A stretch of DNA of 64,000 nt from the human T2T-CHM13v2.0 reference genome, Homo sapiens (GCF_009914755.1 NC_060928.1); one strand, 5' to 3'; positions 12,574 to 24,670 are shown, numbered from the stretch's first letter. Translations and numbers: made by a program. The notes: a model not told the origin generated them from the sequence alone.

Positions 12574-13799
12574 CTCTTAAAGTCTGTTGTTCTCATTTCA
12601 TTAGTTACATGCCCAAGTCCAATATCTATTTCATCTGCTGGGTAGACAAAGTGGAAAAAATTGTCCGTGTTCCTACTAAGAGACCCAGTCTGATTGCTCT
12701 TCATTATCTTTTCTGAGATGGAAACAATCAGTCATACCAGCGAAGGTGGAAGGAGGAAGTGTCAGTACATTTGCAGAGCATTTTAATCTTCAGCAGGCAG
12801 TAGCAACTTGGAACATTCCTTTTCAGCAACCAAATGCACTGGGGATACCCTTCATTTTCAGTACATCTGTAGTCAGGATTTCCTGATTGGTATGCCACTT
12901 TGTTTTTAGCTTAGCATATGTAAAATTAGAAGTTGTGTGAATTGATTTTGGCAACAACAGTGTAATGAGTGACGGCTTTGAAAGCACAGAATACATGGAA
13001 CTTGATAAGACAAAAGCTGAGCTTCACACAGTTGATCTTGAGTCAACAATATTGCATTAACATGGCACTAAGTCACTTAATCAAAACGATGACTTAAAAC
13101 GCAATGGTAATATCTTTTTCTTAGGAGTTCTTATGTTACTTCTTAATCACAGCTAAAGACAAATAATGAAAGATCATGAAACAGCTTCAATTCCAATACT
13201 GTCTGGAACCTACTGTGGGGTCTGGGAAGAGGTTACATAAAGATGACCTTGAGTAGAAGCAGAATCTCCTTAGATTCTGAAGAGAACAATGGCAACATTT
13301 TGCTCCTCTCCAGAGTGAGGCACATATGACTATCGTCTATCTTATATTCTTCTTATTATCTTTTTAATGTTTAATTTTTATTTTTATCAAGGTATTTAGT
13401 GTACACAGTTATAAAAGTCAAATAATATTATAGTTTGCCTTAATCTCTCAACATCTTGTTTTCCAGTCCCCAGGTACAATTATATTCAATTCTTTTAGCT
13501 ATTGCTTCCAGTAATTACTTACACATTTCTAATGGCATATTCATACTAATGTTTTATTATATTTTATGTTTACTTATTATCTATTGATGGTAGAAGATGA
13601 AGATTTTGTCTTCCTATACCCCTCTTCACATATACAAATATTTGATTTCCTAAAAACTTGCCAAATAGCTTATGGTTAAGGCCATATTTAGAGTTTTTAT
13701 TATTTTTATCTTGTAAATGTTTATTACTAAGTGAATTTTTTAGTGTAGTTTTATTTTTGCCATTCACTACCTTTTCCATCTTAGAAGTTTTTGTTGCAT

Positions 13800-14830
13800 T
13801 TATTATTACTTTTAGTTGGCAAAGAATAATTACACCTGTTTATTGGGTACAGTGTGATGCTTTGATACGTGTGTACAGCATGTAATGATCAAATCAGGGT
13901 AATTAGCATATCCATTACCTCAAGCATTTATCATTTCCTTGTATTAGTATTACAAGTAGATAGGCATGAGCAGGGCAGGAGAGGGCTCTCCCCTAACCCA
14001 CTAGAAATGTCAGGTGATGGTTTGGCAATGTTCACATTGCCTCTCTAAAAATGATCAGGGAGAGGCTATTTCCTGATGGCCCACACCTGTTAACATCAAA
14101 ATGTTAACTGAATGCAGGCCCCAGGGAGAAGCAATTTCCTGGGCATGTGTGTTAAGAAACAAAAATGAAGTATGATCTTCCTGGGGCACACTCCATCAGA
14201 AAAGGGAAGAAAGCCTCAGATGGACATGCGTATAACTCACTAAACACACTGTACATGCTCAATTCTGAAGGGTAAGGAAAGCCCTGGGCATGCAAAAAGC
14301 CCCACCCTAAGAGAAGAATCACGAGAAAGAGGCCAGTGTATAAAAGTCCTAGGATCATGGCTTAACAGGGCACTTGGCCTTCTCTCTTTAACCTTCACAT
14401 GCCTGCTTGGGTCTCTTCCAAGCACACCTTCCTTTTTTTCCTGCTCTAAGGTCTTTTTAAATAAATTTCCACTCCTGCTCTGAAACTTGCCCCAGTCTCT
14501 TTTTCTGCCTTATGCTTCTGAGTTGAATTTTTTCCTCTGAGGAGGCAAGGACTAAAGTTGCTGTGGACCCATACAAATTCGCCGCCAGTAACTTGGGTAA
14601 CTTGAATCTTTTCCATCAGTAACATTGGGAATATTCAAAATCTTCCCTTGTAGATATTTAAAAGTACACAGTAAATTGTTGTTAATTTTCATAACCCTTT
14701 AGTCCTATAGAACACTAGAATTTATTCCTCCTATTTATCAATACATTTGTATCCTTTAACCGATGTTTTGCTATCCCCTTTCACCTCCATCCTTCCTCAC
14801 CTCTAATAATCCTTTTATTATTTTACTTGA
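13800..14830 (-). mobile_element. L1MA-type 3' end, split by the MER50 LTR
   Basis: GGGTACAGTGTGATG...ATGTAATGATCAAATCAGGGTAATTAGCATATCCAT...TTATCATTTC resumes after 14624 as TTGGGAATATTCAAAATC...TATAGAACACTAGAATTTATTCCTCCTA. Confidence 0.8.
13948..14624 (+). mobile_element. MER50-type ERV1 solo LTR
   Basis: GGCATGAGCAGGGCAGGAGAGGG start; TATAAAA (~14339) and AATAAA (~14460); ends CAGTAACA; 4-bp TSD TTAG/TTGG. Confidence 0.8.
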
Positions 14831-15787
14831 CTTTTTTTTTTCGAGTTTCTGATTAAGGTTTTGTACACCCTCTAATGGCTCTGTAGAAATAACTTTTAAT
14901 TCTATTTTCCACATATCCTCCTTTCTGCATAGCTATGTCTCTGGACTTATCCTTGCTGTCAAAGAGATCTTTCTGTGTTACACTTCTCACTTCCTGGATT
15001 TCACATATTGCTCTTTTTAGTTTAATTATTTGTTTTGATGAGCCAAATCTCCAGCAATCTCCTAAAAAAAGATCCACAAAAGCAAAATATTTGGAGAACT
15101 TTAATATCTGAAAATGTGTTTATTCCATTGTAACATTTGGTTAATATTGATTTGAATTAGGAAAGTTGTACTTTCTTCAGAGGAGAATGCAAATAGTGAG
15201 AGCCTACAGTTTCTGACAAAACTAATCAGCATCGTTTTCATTTAGGGAAGAGAGTGGCCTGAGAGAAAATTCAGGGCCTATGGACAACCAATTCTCTGGG
15301 TATCATTGAGACAAATTGAATTCATTTCTATTACTTAGGAACATTGACATTATTTGCAAAGATGATGCTGTTATCTCGCTGGGCAGTAGTGTTAAATACC
15401 CATTGGTAGATCTGAGCAGATAATGGGAAGAAACTGAATTTGTTCTTCTTCTGTATTGTCAGAATTGGTATGTGAGAAGTGGGTTTCGTTAGAACAGCCC
15501 TGGCTTGTGGAAACACGTGATTCAGAAACAAAAAGCATAAAAGGGTAGGGGATGAAGAACTTTGGATTCCTGGGTGGCCATGTGGTCACTCATGGTAAGA
15601 AGCAGTAACTGTGCTGCAATCATTTCCTGAAGGTGAAAGTTACCAATGGAGTTTAAACAAGGATCCAACTCCCTGGGAGTTGGTTCACTGGATGCATAAG
15701 GAAATCAAAGATAATAAGAAAAAAGCTACTGTTATCTGTAGTAGTTAAAATGAAAGTAAAAGAGAGTGCTGGGTTGATCCTTGACTC

Positions 15788-16450
15788 TTGAACAACCGTT
15801 GGCCACGAGCCTCAGAGTCACCCCTCAAGGGAAAAATTATGCAAGGACAACAGAAAATAAGTCCTGTGGTTACCAAGAAACAGTCAATGTGGGGGAAGAA
15901 CAAAATCAAGAAAACTATTAAAACCAGAGGGTGTAATGTGAAGAAATTATTTCATTTTGTAGACTGGCATCATCAGATTCTTGAAGAGCCTTTACTAAAA
16001 TCGACTGTGAGAGCAACAAATTTAGGAGCAGTATCTTTAGTTTTAAATGCAGCAGAGTTAAAGAGCATGTTTGGGTTGATGCAGGACTCACAGCTAATTA
16101 TGGAACAATCACAGATTGCTATACCCAATCTAGATACATGGGAAGTGATTCCCGAGGAAACAGACACACTGATGAACTGGATAAAAGCCACTGTGAACTT
16201 TGTTTACCCTGAGAAGGAGCCTGCCTGACTCTACCTATGCATGCCAAGTGGAACACCACAGATGAAGCAATTGATATGCAAGCCATGTGGAATTGGCTTT
16301 ATGATGACTGAGATATTCACCTGCTAAATACGCTTCTTAACCAAGTTGTAAATGCTGTGGTTAAGGGTGCTCCTTTAATGTGGACCCCCCCATATGACCT
16401 TGCTGCAAAATCGAAAGACAGTTGAGGAAGCCTTATTAAATTTGTTGTAT
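15788..16450 (+). pseudogene. Decayed class III retroviral gag remnant
   Basis: ORF ...LFHFVDWHHQILEEPLLK..VRATNLGAVSLVL...TLMNWIKATVNFVYPEK, continuing out of frame as KWNTTDEAIDMQAMWNWLYDD; resembles ERV-L-like capsid. Confidence 0.6.
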
Positions 16451-16684
16451 CAGTTTCCCCTCATGAGTCTTACAGGTGCTAATACACATAGTAGGTTAAT
16501 TAACAAGAGAATGGAGAAAGGGCAAAGAGAAGAGTTATTCCAGGAAGATGAAAATTTTTAGATTGTTGTTAAGAAATAAGGTGAGTAAAGTAGACATGGA
16601 TAAAGGTAAAGCTGAGAGGAAAAAGGAAAGGGAGAGTCATAAGACTCTACCTAGCAGGATGAAAATCTTTAGATGGTTATGAGA

Positions 16685-17405
16685 TGTCAAATGAAGAACG
16701 ATGAGGTACATAAATTTGGAAAGGAGAGCTGTATTTCTCACAAAGAGTTGCAGACTTCAGGGTGGCCATTCTGACAGGCTGAGAAGCATAGCCTACAGCA
16801 AGAAGCTAGAAACAGGCCCTTGGAAGGAGGGAATAAAAAGACAAGGTTCTATGCTGACAAAGGTGGCTGAATATACATATTCCTATGCTGTAGGAGAGGT
16901 CATGAATATTTATGGAAGGATAAACATGGTCATGTGCAATTGAGCTTCATGCTTTTCCATTCATCCCATGTTAAAAAAATGGCAGCATTAGCATGATCCA
17001 AGCGTGGAGTTTTCATCCCTCTGATGACGGCAAAGGGTGAAGTAGAGGACATGAACTCTCACCATGCATCCTCTGTAGACTGGCCATACCCACCCCATGG
17101 TTGGTGCTCTCTTACCAGGGAGGAATGCTGGTCATTTGTTATGCCTAAATCACAAAAGGGAGGGGCAGCATCAGGTGGTCGGTAGAAATCAGCCATGGAG
17201 TCTCTTGAAAGGGTTGATTTCTGTTTACCCCTTAGGGAAAAAAGCCTAATGGCAGTTAGCAAGGGAGGGGTTATAACTAGGTGAGTCTGATGTTCCATGG
17301 CATCCTAACAAGGAACTCAGCTTCCAAGTTTCTCTGGGATCCTCTCGGCCAAAAAAGGGTTCATTCAGTCAGTTCCGGGGCTTCAAATTTTATTTTTATT
17401 TCTCA
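16685..17405 (-). mobile_element. MER39-type ERV1 solo LTR inserted in the MER21 interior
   Basis: Minus strand starts TGAGAAATAAAAATAAAATTTGAAGCCCCGGAACTGACTGAATGAACCC...TTGGCCGAGAGGATCCCAGAGAAAC; ~720 bp; interrupts AGATGGTTAT|AAGAAATGGG; TSD not clean. Confidence 0.75.
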
Positions 17406-17702
17406 TAAGAAATGGGATTAATAAAATGGAAATTGATGGGGTTAAAACAAAGGTCTTAATACAATACTATTTAAGGTTGGATGGATCAAAGACAGCCACC
17501 TGGTCCCACACACATTTGCTGCATTTATTCCACTTTGGAGAAATTCAAAAAGTCAAAAGGCAAAGATTAAAATGAGAAATCTGATCTGAAATTTCCTGTG
17601 ACAGATTAATCAAGATAAACATTGACAAAATGGTCAGGGTCATTTTGCTCAACACCCTTCTGGAGACACAAAGCCTTTTCCAGAAGAGAGGGTAAAATGA
17701 TC

Positions 17703-18362
17703 TGCGGGTTGCACAAAATATCCTCGACATAAGTGAGTCCATCTTAGAAAAAGACTCCATCTTACATTTAAAAAGACATCAAGCCAAAAGAGTCCATATG
17801 CTCACTATCCAATAGAGACAACACCCAACCAGATAAGAGTATAACACTTTATTATCAGTCCTCACCAGGACCATAAAAGGAACAGGACTTCTCAAGCTTG
17901 ACATGGCCATCTTGACAGATCCCATCTGGCTGTCACTCATAATCAGCACCTGGCATCTGCCACAGCGAGCTCTGCCCAAAGCAAGGTCTGATTCCAGGAC
18001 ACTGTCCTTATTTATGTCACTCTCCTTGGGCTGATTTGTTAAACCTTTTTTTTCCTATCCCCTCTTCTCTTGATGTTAAATGCTACTCTGTTTGGTGTGA
18101 AATTTTAACCTATATCATTTATACATTGACTAAGTATGCTACTATGTATGGTTTATGATATGGACTGACTTGTGGAATGCCTTAAGCCTGTGTACCCACA
18201 GCTCTGACTACCGATGAATGGGTACTAAGGAGAATTGTCTCCTTGAGAACTCCATTTAGCCCAATACTTTTGTGATTGAAATAACATCAATAAAATTTCA
18301 ACTGTGGGAAGACACAAACGTGCACCGACCTGGATGTATCTGACCTTATGTTGCTCTTGATG
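17703..18362 (+). mobile_element. ERV1 solo LTR, MER72-like, inserted in the MER21 interior
   Basis: GAGTCCATCTTAGAAAAAGACTCCATCTTACATTT near the start and AATAAA near 18289; the host interior resumes afterwards; family name from recall. Confidence 0.55.
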
Positions 18363-18859
18363 GGGTAGGAAATAGAAGTTCTTGAAATTAGAACATAAAA
18401 ATGTAGGGATTGATAGAATTATAAAAGTTGGAATGTTTAAACATGGAATGTTATATCTGGTCAGGGAACAATTTTCCTACTTAGTATCAAAAATCTTTTG
18501 ATAAAGTCCTAATGGAGGCTACAGTTAGTAAAGTAAGGGTTGATGGAATTAAGTTTGGAGGAGACTGGTATATTTGAACATGCTTCATGTGAAGTGATTA
18601 TGTCTCTTTCACCTGGAGATGGACAACGTATATGACTTGGAAATATTTCCTATACTTAGCATTATAAAACAGAAGGCATATAAATGTGTCCTTCAATCAC
18701 TATTAAAGGAACGTGCAAATGGGAGCTAGGAAGATTGCCTGGGCCCACACAGTATACAATAGTAGCTAGAGCTCTGGTTGGGACAATTTGTCTGTTGGAT
18801 AGCCCTCTGTAGAACATGAAGTGGGGCTTATGGCAAAAACCTGTGAGCACCTTCTAGCA

Positions 18860-19105
18860 ACTACTACTGAGCAATAAACTGTTACTACATTTTTAAACCC
18901 TTTGTCAGAATTCCTGGGGGCCTGATGGGGATGATTTGTGCCTTCCTTCCATCTGGCAAAATTGGGGCTAAAAGTGAATGTGGCTATGTTGCCTGGTGGT
19001 AAAGATGGCACACTAGTTCTGCACCTGTGTAACCTTATCCTATCTGAATAGGACTGGAGTGAGGAGAAGGCATTTGCTAGATTAGGATTGTTGACTGCAG
19101 TCTAG
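18860..19105 (+). pseudogene. dUTPase-fold remnant at the 3' end of the MER21 interior
   Basis: Across frameshifts reads VRIPGGLMG / FVPSFHLAKLGLKVNVAMLPGGKDGTLVLHLCNL...EKAFARL, with spacing like dUTPase IPxGxxG-xxPRSGLAxxGL-GxIDxDYxG-N-RIAQL. Confidence 0.5.
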
Positions 19106-19552
19106 ACAATCACAGTGGCCAAACCTAGTGTCCCTTTCAAAGATGGGAAAGTTTGGATAAATAAAGAGAAGGAAGAATAGTAGCTAAGGTAAAGGAATAA
19201 ATAAATTTGTCATGTAATGAGGTAAACTCAGTATTACATTAACACCTCAAAAGAGGTTGGAGCAAGTAATGATGATATTGTCTTCCAGCTCAATTATACC
19301 AGATGCCTGAAGGGGTAGAGCTTTATGTTTGCTGAGACCACTCCTGCTTTTGGAACCTTACAAGACTGAATGGAAGCCTGCAAACCTGGGTAGCCTCACC
19401 TTGGGAGACATTCTTATATTATGATAATGAAGTGGACTTATCATTAATGACTGAGTAGGATTCTAGTAATGTGCCAGTATCTCTGGAGTTATATGTTCTT
19501 TCGATATGAGGGATTCATGTTTGAAGACCAAATTCAAAGACCAAAGGTGGTC

Positions 19553-21218
19553 TTTGAATACATGTTGTAAAATACATATTTGCCCTTAGTCCCTGTTTCC
19601 TGGCATAGAACTTTTGAAACCCTTGGAATCTGTAAAGTGGTGTCTTTTGTGTGCTAATGAGTTGACTGATGGCTAGCAGACCCTAGGTAGCTTCAGGATT
19701 GGGGCTGGTCACCAGAAAAACCAAGGCAGGAATAGAGCACTGGGACTTTCAAATCCCCCACCCAACCCCCAGAGAGGGGAGAGGGGCTGAAGGTTAACTG
19801 GATCACCAATGAGCAATGATTTAATCAATCATGCCTATATAATGACGAGACAGGAGAGTTCCCTTGACCCCTTCAAAGAACTTGTGACAGGGATGTGGCT
19901 CATTTACTCAGTGAGGTGAGCTCAAACCCCTTGCAGGAGGGGGAGCATACAGGTGAGTGGGTGCAGGAGCTGGGGCGAATGCCTTTGGGTACCAGCAGGA
20001 ACAAACCCATACAGGCCTGTGGCAGCATCTAGGGGTTGCCTGTGACCTCTGGAGCCCCAGAGGGCATGTGTTACAATCAGTGTTGTCTTAGCACTTGTCA
20101 TCTGTGGACAGCTAAGTGTCAAACAGCTCAGTGGAGAGTCAGTGTGACAACCTCTTACACACACACCCAGGTTCTTGTCCAGTGCGCAAGAGGAATGAGG
20201 TCACACAGACTTGAAGGACAGTGAATGAGGAGATTTTACTGAGTGGTGGAAGTGGCACTCAGTGGGAAGGGGAGCTGGAAAAGGGATAAAGTGGGAATAT
20301 AATCTTTCCCTGAACTTCTGCTGTCCTGGGCTGAACTACTCTCTGACCATCCCCAGCCAAACTCCTCGCTAATGTCAACTGCCTCTGTTCCTCTCAACGT
20401 TCAGACGCTTCTTCTCTTCTCTCCTTCTCTGTATTTCCACTCTGCTGCTCTGCCAGTGGAGCTTGGGGTTTTTATGGGTACAGGGTGGGGGACATGGCAG
20501 GCCAGGGGGGTTTTGAAAAGGGCAACCTTCATGTGGGAAAACAGGAATGCATGTTTTCATTTAGGGCCATGGGTCCAGGCTTGAGGGTGGAGCCCTTGCC
20601 AGGGACCCCACCCTCTTCTACCCTGTATTTTCCTGCTTCCTGTCTGTATCAATGAGACTTCCATAAAAACCCAAAAGGGCTGCGTGCAGAGAGCTTTTGC
20701 ATAGCCGAACACATGGAGATTCCTAGAGTGTGGCACACCCGGGGAAGGCATAGAATCTCTGTGCCTTTTCTCCCATACCTTGCCCTAATGATCTCCTCAT
20801 CTGTATCCTTTGTAATAAACTTTATAATAAATTGGCAAAGGCAATTAATATATTTTCCTGAATTCTGTGAGCTGATTTTGCAAATTACTCATACCCAAGG
20901 AGTAAATCATGCAAATCCCATTTTATAGCTGGTTGGACAGAATCACGGGTAAAACAACCTGAGATTTTGGTCTGGCATCAGCAGTGTGTGGGGGGCAGTA
21001 CTGTGGAACTGAGTCCTCAACCTGTGGGATCTGACTTAATCTCCAGGCAGATAGTATCAGAATTGAACTGAATTTTAGGACACTCATCTGTTATTCACTA
21101 CAGAACTGATTGCTTGCTTGGTGTGTGAGGAAAACCCCCACACATCTGGTGTCAGAAGTGATCTGTTTTGTAAGAATATAGTAGGCAGACACTGAGTTTT
21201 TTTTTTTCTGTATATCAT
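19553..21218 (+). mobile_element. MER21 (A/B-type) 3' LTR, split by an LTR1-type element
   Basis: TTCCTGGCATAGAACTTTTGAAACCCTTGGAATC...GGGGCTGGTCACCAGAAAAACCAAGGC...TTAATCAATCATGCCTA | CCATAAAAACCC...CCCCCACACATCTGGTGTCAGAAGTG. Confidence 0.85.
19846..20651 (-). mobile_element. LTR1-group (HUERS-P2-related) solo LTR
   Basis: Minus strand starts TGATACAGACAGGAAGCAGGAAAATACAGGGTAGAAGAGGG and ends GGGAACTCTCCTGTCTCG; perfect 4-bp TSD ATGA (19842-19845 / 20652-20655). Confidence 0.8.
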
Positions 21219-21539
21219 CAGAGTAGGTAATCTTTATTATTGGAAGAAAATGGGCCACACCAGGCCATGGTTTCATGTCTGTGACCCAAACAAGAACGTG
21301 TGCCTTCCATTTTAGGAAAGAAATGCAAGGTGGAAAGATCATAGGCTCTAATTTGGAGATTTTTATTCTGAAGTCTTCTGTAGATGGTCTATGTAGGTCC
21401 TCGAATTCCCTGAACTTGGCTAAAATTTTATTTTGTGTTAAGTAGTCTGAAGATAGAGGTAAGAGTGGCTGTGAGTTTTAATATTTAAAGAGACACATGA
21501 CACACAAAATAGTTAAGAACAATTGAACACTAATCTCCC

Positions 21540-21660
21540 TTTTATCTATTTAACAGATGGAAAAGCAGATTCCATAGAGGTTAGGTGTCATGTCAACATA
21601 CTTTGTGCTTTTAGCACAGCTGGGTCCAGAGCACTGGTTTTCTGACCCCGAGACTGGGAA
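21540..21660 (-). mobile_element. MIR fragment
   Basis: TTTAACAGATGGAAAAGCAGATTCCATAGAGGTTAGGTG...TTCTGACCCC. Confidence 0.5.
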
Positions 21661-22149
21661 TCTTCCCATGTCAACTTTAGTCAAGGTTTTAATTGAGCCT
21701 CATCTATCAATATTGCTCACCCATTTTCCAAGGACAGGTAAGGTAAAGGTACACTGTTCTGAGATTAATTACCTACAATTAAATGTGACTGAAAGAGGCC
21801 TCTGAAATCAGAAATTGTCAAGGGAGCAGCATTTATTTTTGTCATTACTCATTCTTCTCACTCGGTCATGAGAAAAATGTGAATATGAATAAATCAATGT
21901 AGATTCAAAATCTTGACAGTATTACATGTCTCAAGTGGTACACTGGAGTCTCAAGATAATTACAACCATTTTGGAAGAGTAAACATTCTGCTAATGCACT
22001 TTTAACCAAGGAAACCAGGGTCTTTTTTTAATTGGCCTCTTTTGGAAAATCAGTTAATGTAACTGTGTAGGGGCAGTCTAATTTCTGTGATTAGAAAATA
22101 TGAAATTTTGATTACTAATGATGTAATTTTTCACTTATATATATTATTT

Positions 22150-22350
22150 CATTGCTTTCACATATTATTTTATTTGATCCTCAAAAACAACCAGGTAGGG
22201 TAACTTGTCATGACCCCTATTTACAAATGAGAAACTGAGGACAGGGATTTGAAGAGACTTGCCTGAAGTCATGTAGCCAATCAGTCAGAACTGGAACAAG
22301 AACTTGCCTTCTGATTCCAAATTCAGGTTTTTTTTTTCTATCATACCATG
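22150..22350 (-). mobile_element. MIR SINE
   Basis: TTTGATCCTCAAAAACAACC...TTTACAAATGAGAAACTGAGG...GACTTGCCTGAAGTCA...TTCTGATTCCAA. Confidence 0.8.
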
Positions 22351-24670
22351 TGGCCTCCTAATCACAGTTAGTCATGCTGCCTCTCAAACTCCAATGAGGG
22401 ATACATTTCAGAGGTAAGAGTGAAACCAGAGTGGGCCATGCTGTCCTTGAGGGTTTGCAGCCATACCCTGCATGAAAGAAACATGCTCTGTTGGCCTGCC
22501 AGGTATGACCACACTGAGGGCATGTGAATGATTGCATTGCCCACATTCCCTAGGATCCTGTTTCCTGTCCAGGATATGGGAATGTGGGCATTGCAATAAT
22601 TCACTGAGAGATCAACTTTACTCATTCTATTTCAGGTAGATATTGATAGTAGATGAGGACACAAAATACTTTGCAAAAAGAACATGAGACAAGTGTACCA
22701 ACGAAGAGTTACTAAATTACTATGCTCCTCGAAGGACCTGGCATAATGTGATTTATGACTAATATTTGGGACAACTATGTGGATCAATAAGTGTTTTTTT
22801 TAAATTATGACGAGTCCAGGTTTTGTCCTTTGGTTTGACCTAAGAAGTAAGCCATATACTAAAGTATGTAAATAATTGCTTTTCATTAAACTTATCTTTT
22901 TGGCTTTAAATTTTTGTGAAAGGGGGAACAAAACCAACCTTAACTTTTTACTTTGTGAATAAATCTGCCACATGAGCCCAGGACATAAAGTGATGTTACT
23001 AATGAAGTGTGCATTTCTGGCTTGCTTGAGATGGAGACAAAAATTTTAAATCTTTCTTCTAGTCCTGATGTAGGTTGGGTCTCCAAAGGTCTTATTCATA
23101 CTTAGTGGGTTTTCTTAAAAAATGTAAATAGATGCAGCTGCAGTGGGAAGCCTAAAGCAAACCCTAATCATTGAAGGGTTTTGAATCTTATTCCTGTTTG
23201 ATCCTAGTCATGGCCACAACTGCAGTCTCCACACTGCTTTGGATGCATTATAGACCTGGGCTGCATTTACCAGACTCTGAACATGTTTTCATTTTCTCAT
23301 AAATAGAGAAATTCCTCTTTAGCAATGAGCCTATGATCTTCTATGTAAAATTACTCTTCTTGGATTATATCCTTTCTGGAGTCCCTGGAAAATTCACCTC
23401 CTTTCCCTCTGCGGCACTGTCATTGTTTAGAACACCATATATACCAAGAATGAGGAAACTGTCCCAAGAGATGTCTCAAGAATCACTTAAAAAGAATACC
23501 CAGCTTCATATCCAGCATTTATGGTTTTAAATACTTGACAACCAATTTTTACCCAACCTCAAATTTTCCTCACTTCCTTCTCATGATTTTCTTCCATGCT
23601 AACCACTCAAACTTTCTCTTTTATCTCTACCCTTATGCATAGTTTTATCTACTATTACTTGCACTTGCTTATGTGGCATTATTAACTAGAATAAAGCATC
23701 TTGGGGAGGGGCGCCTCCAAGCTCCATGTAGTCCTTAGCATCTTCTCTGCTTTATACTGCCTCTGCTTACCACCCAGCATTTCTGGTCTCTTAGGCAGAG
23801 CTTAGATATAATGCAGGTCTATGTATGAATCATAAAAAATTTTCTAGCCACAAGTAACTGGACAATTTAAGATTAACTTTCATTAAATTACTACTTCACC
23901 TATATTGATGTTTTCCAGTTGTCTACATCTATAAAGTCCAGGTATATTTCCTCAGTATTCCATTTGCTAGAGAAATGGAAGGAGGACAAGCAGTGCTTAG
24001 CTTATAAACAGCTAAGCAACTGCTGGACAATCTTGACAGCTAGACTGTCAATCTGCTTTTCTATTTTCCCCTAGTTCTGACTGTAGTTCTGAATTATTTG
24101 AAGACAAAACAGAAATTCCTGTGTTTAACAACTCAACTAACAGCACGACTAGGGGAAAAATACTGTTAAAACCTGTCAGTGAATGCTGGGAACATATGTT
24201 GCCTTTATAGACAGGGGGAAAACAAACCTTATACGTCCTTGGAAAGATGGATGAGTTAGCTGACAGGTATGACATCTCAGCACAACAAGTTAAAGCTCCA
24301 TTGAGCAATGGTTGTGTCCAAAGGGACTTGATTGGTCACAGATGACAATTCCAGGTCCCTGAGCTGTTTCTTCAGTGTCTGTGATTAATATCAAATATCA
24401 AGTAAGGCTCACTTTCAACAATAAGATCGAAGATATACTCAATTAAAATAACATAAGGTTTTTGTTTCCTAAAACCCAGTTGAGCTATCTAGATAATTAC
24501 TAGGGGACAATTAATTAAATAAAAGAAGAGCTATAAGGACTTTCTTCCTAAAGCAAAGCTTCAAACAGAATGACATACAGAGTGACACTTATTACTTTCA
24601 TGATATATATCACATGAAATGGTAAGACCAGCCTTTTTCAGCAAATGGTGTTGGACAGCCTAAGATAGCC

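Larger units (their letters stand above)
15428..21218 (+). mobile_element. MER21-type (class III/ERVL-related) provirus: 5' LTR remnant, decayed gag-pro-dUTPase-like interior, 3' LTR
   Basis: Leu-type PBS TGGTATGTGAGAAGTGGG at 15466-15483; gag-like ORF 15788-16228; ERV-L-like protease/RT-linker remnant near 18580-18750; 3' LTR 19553-21218. Confidence 0.75.
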
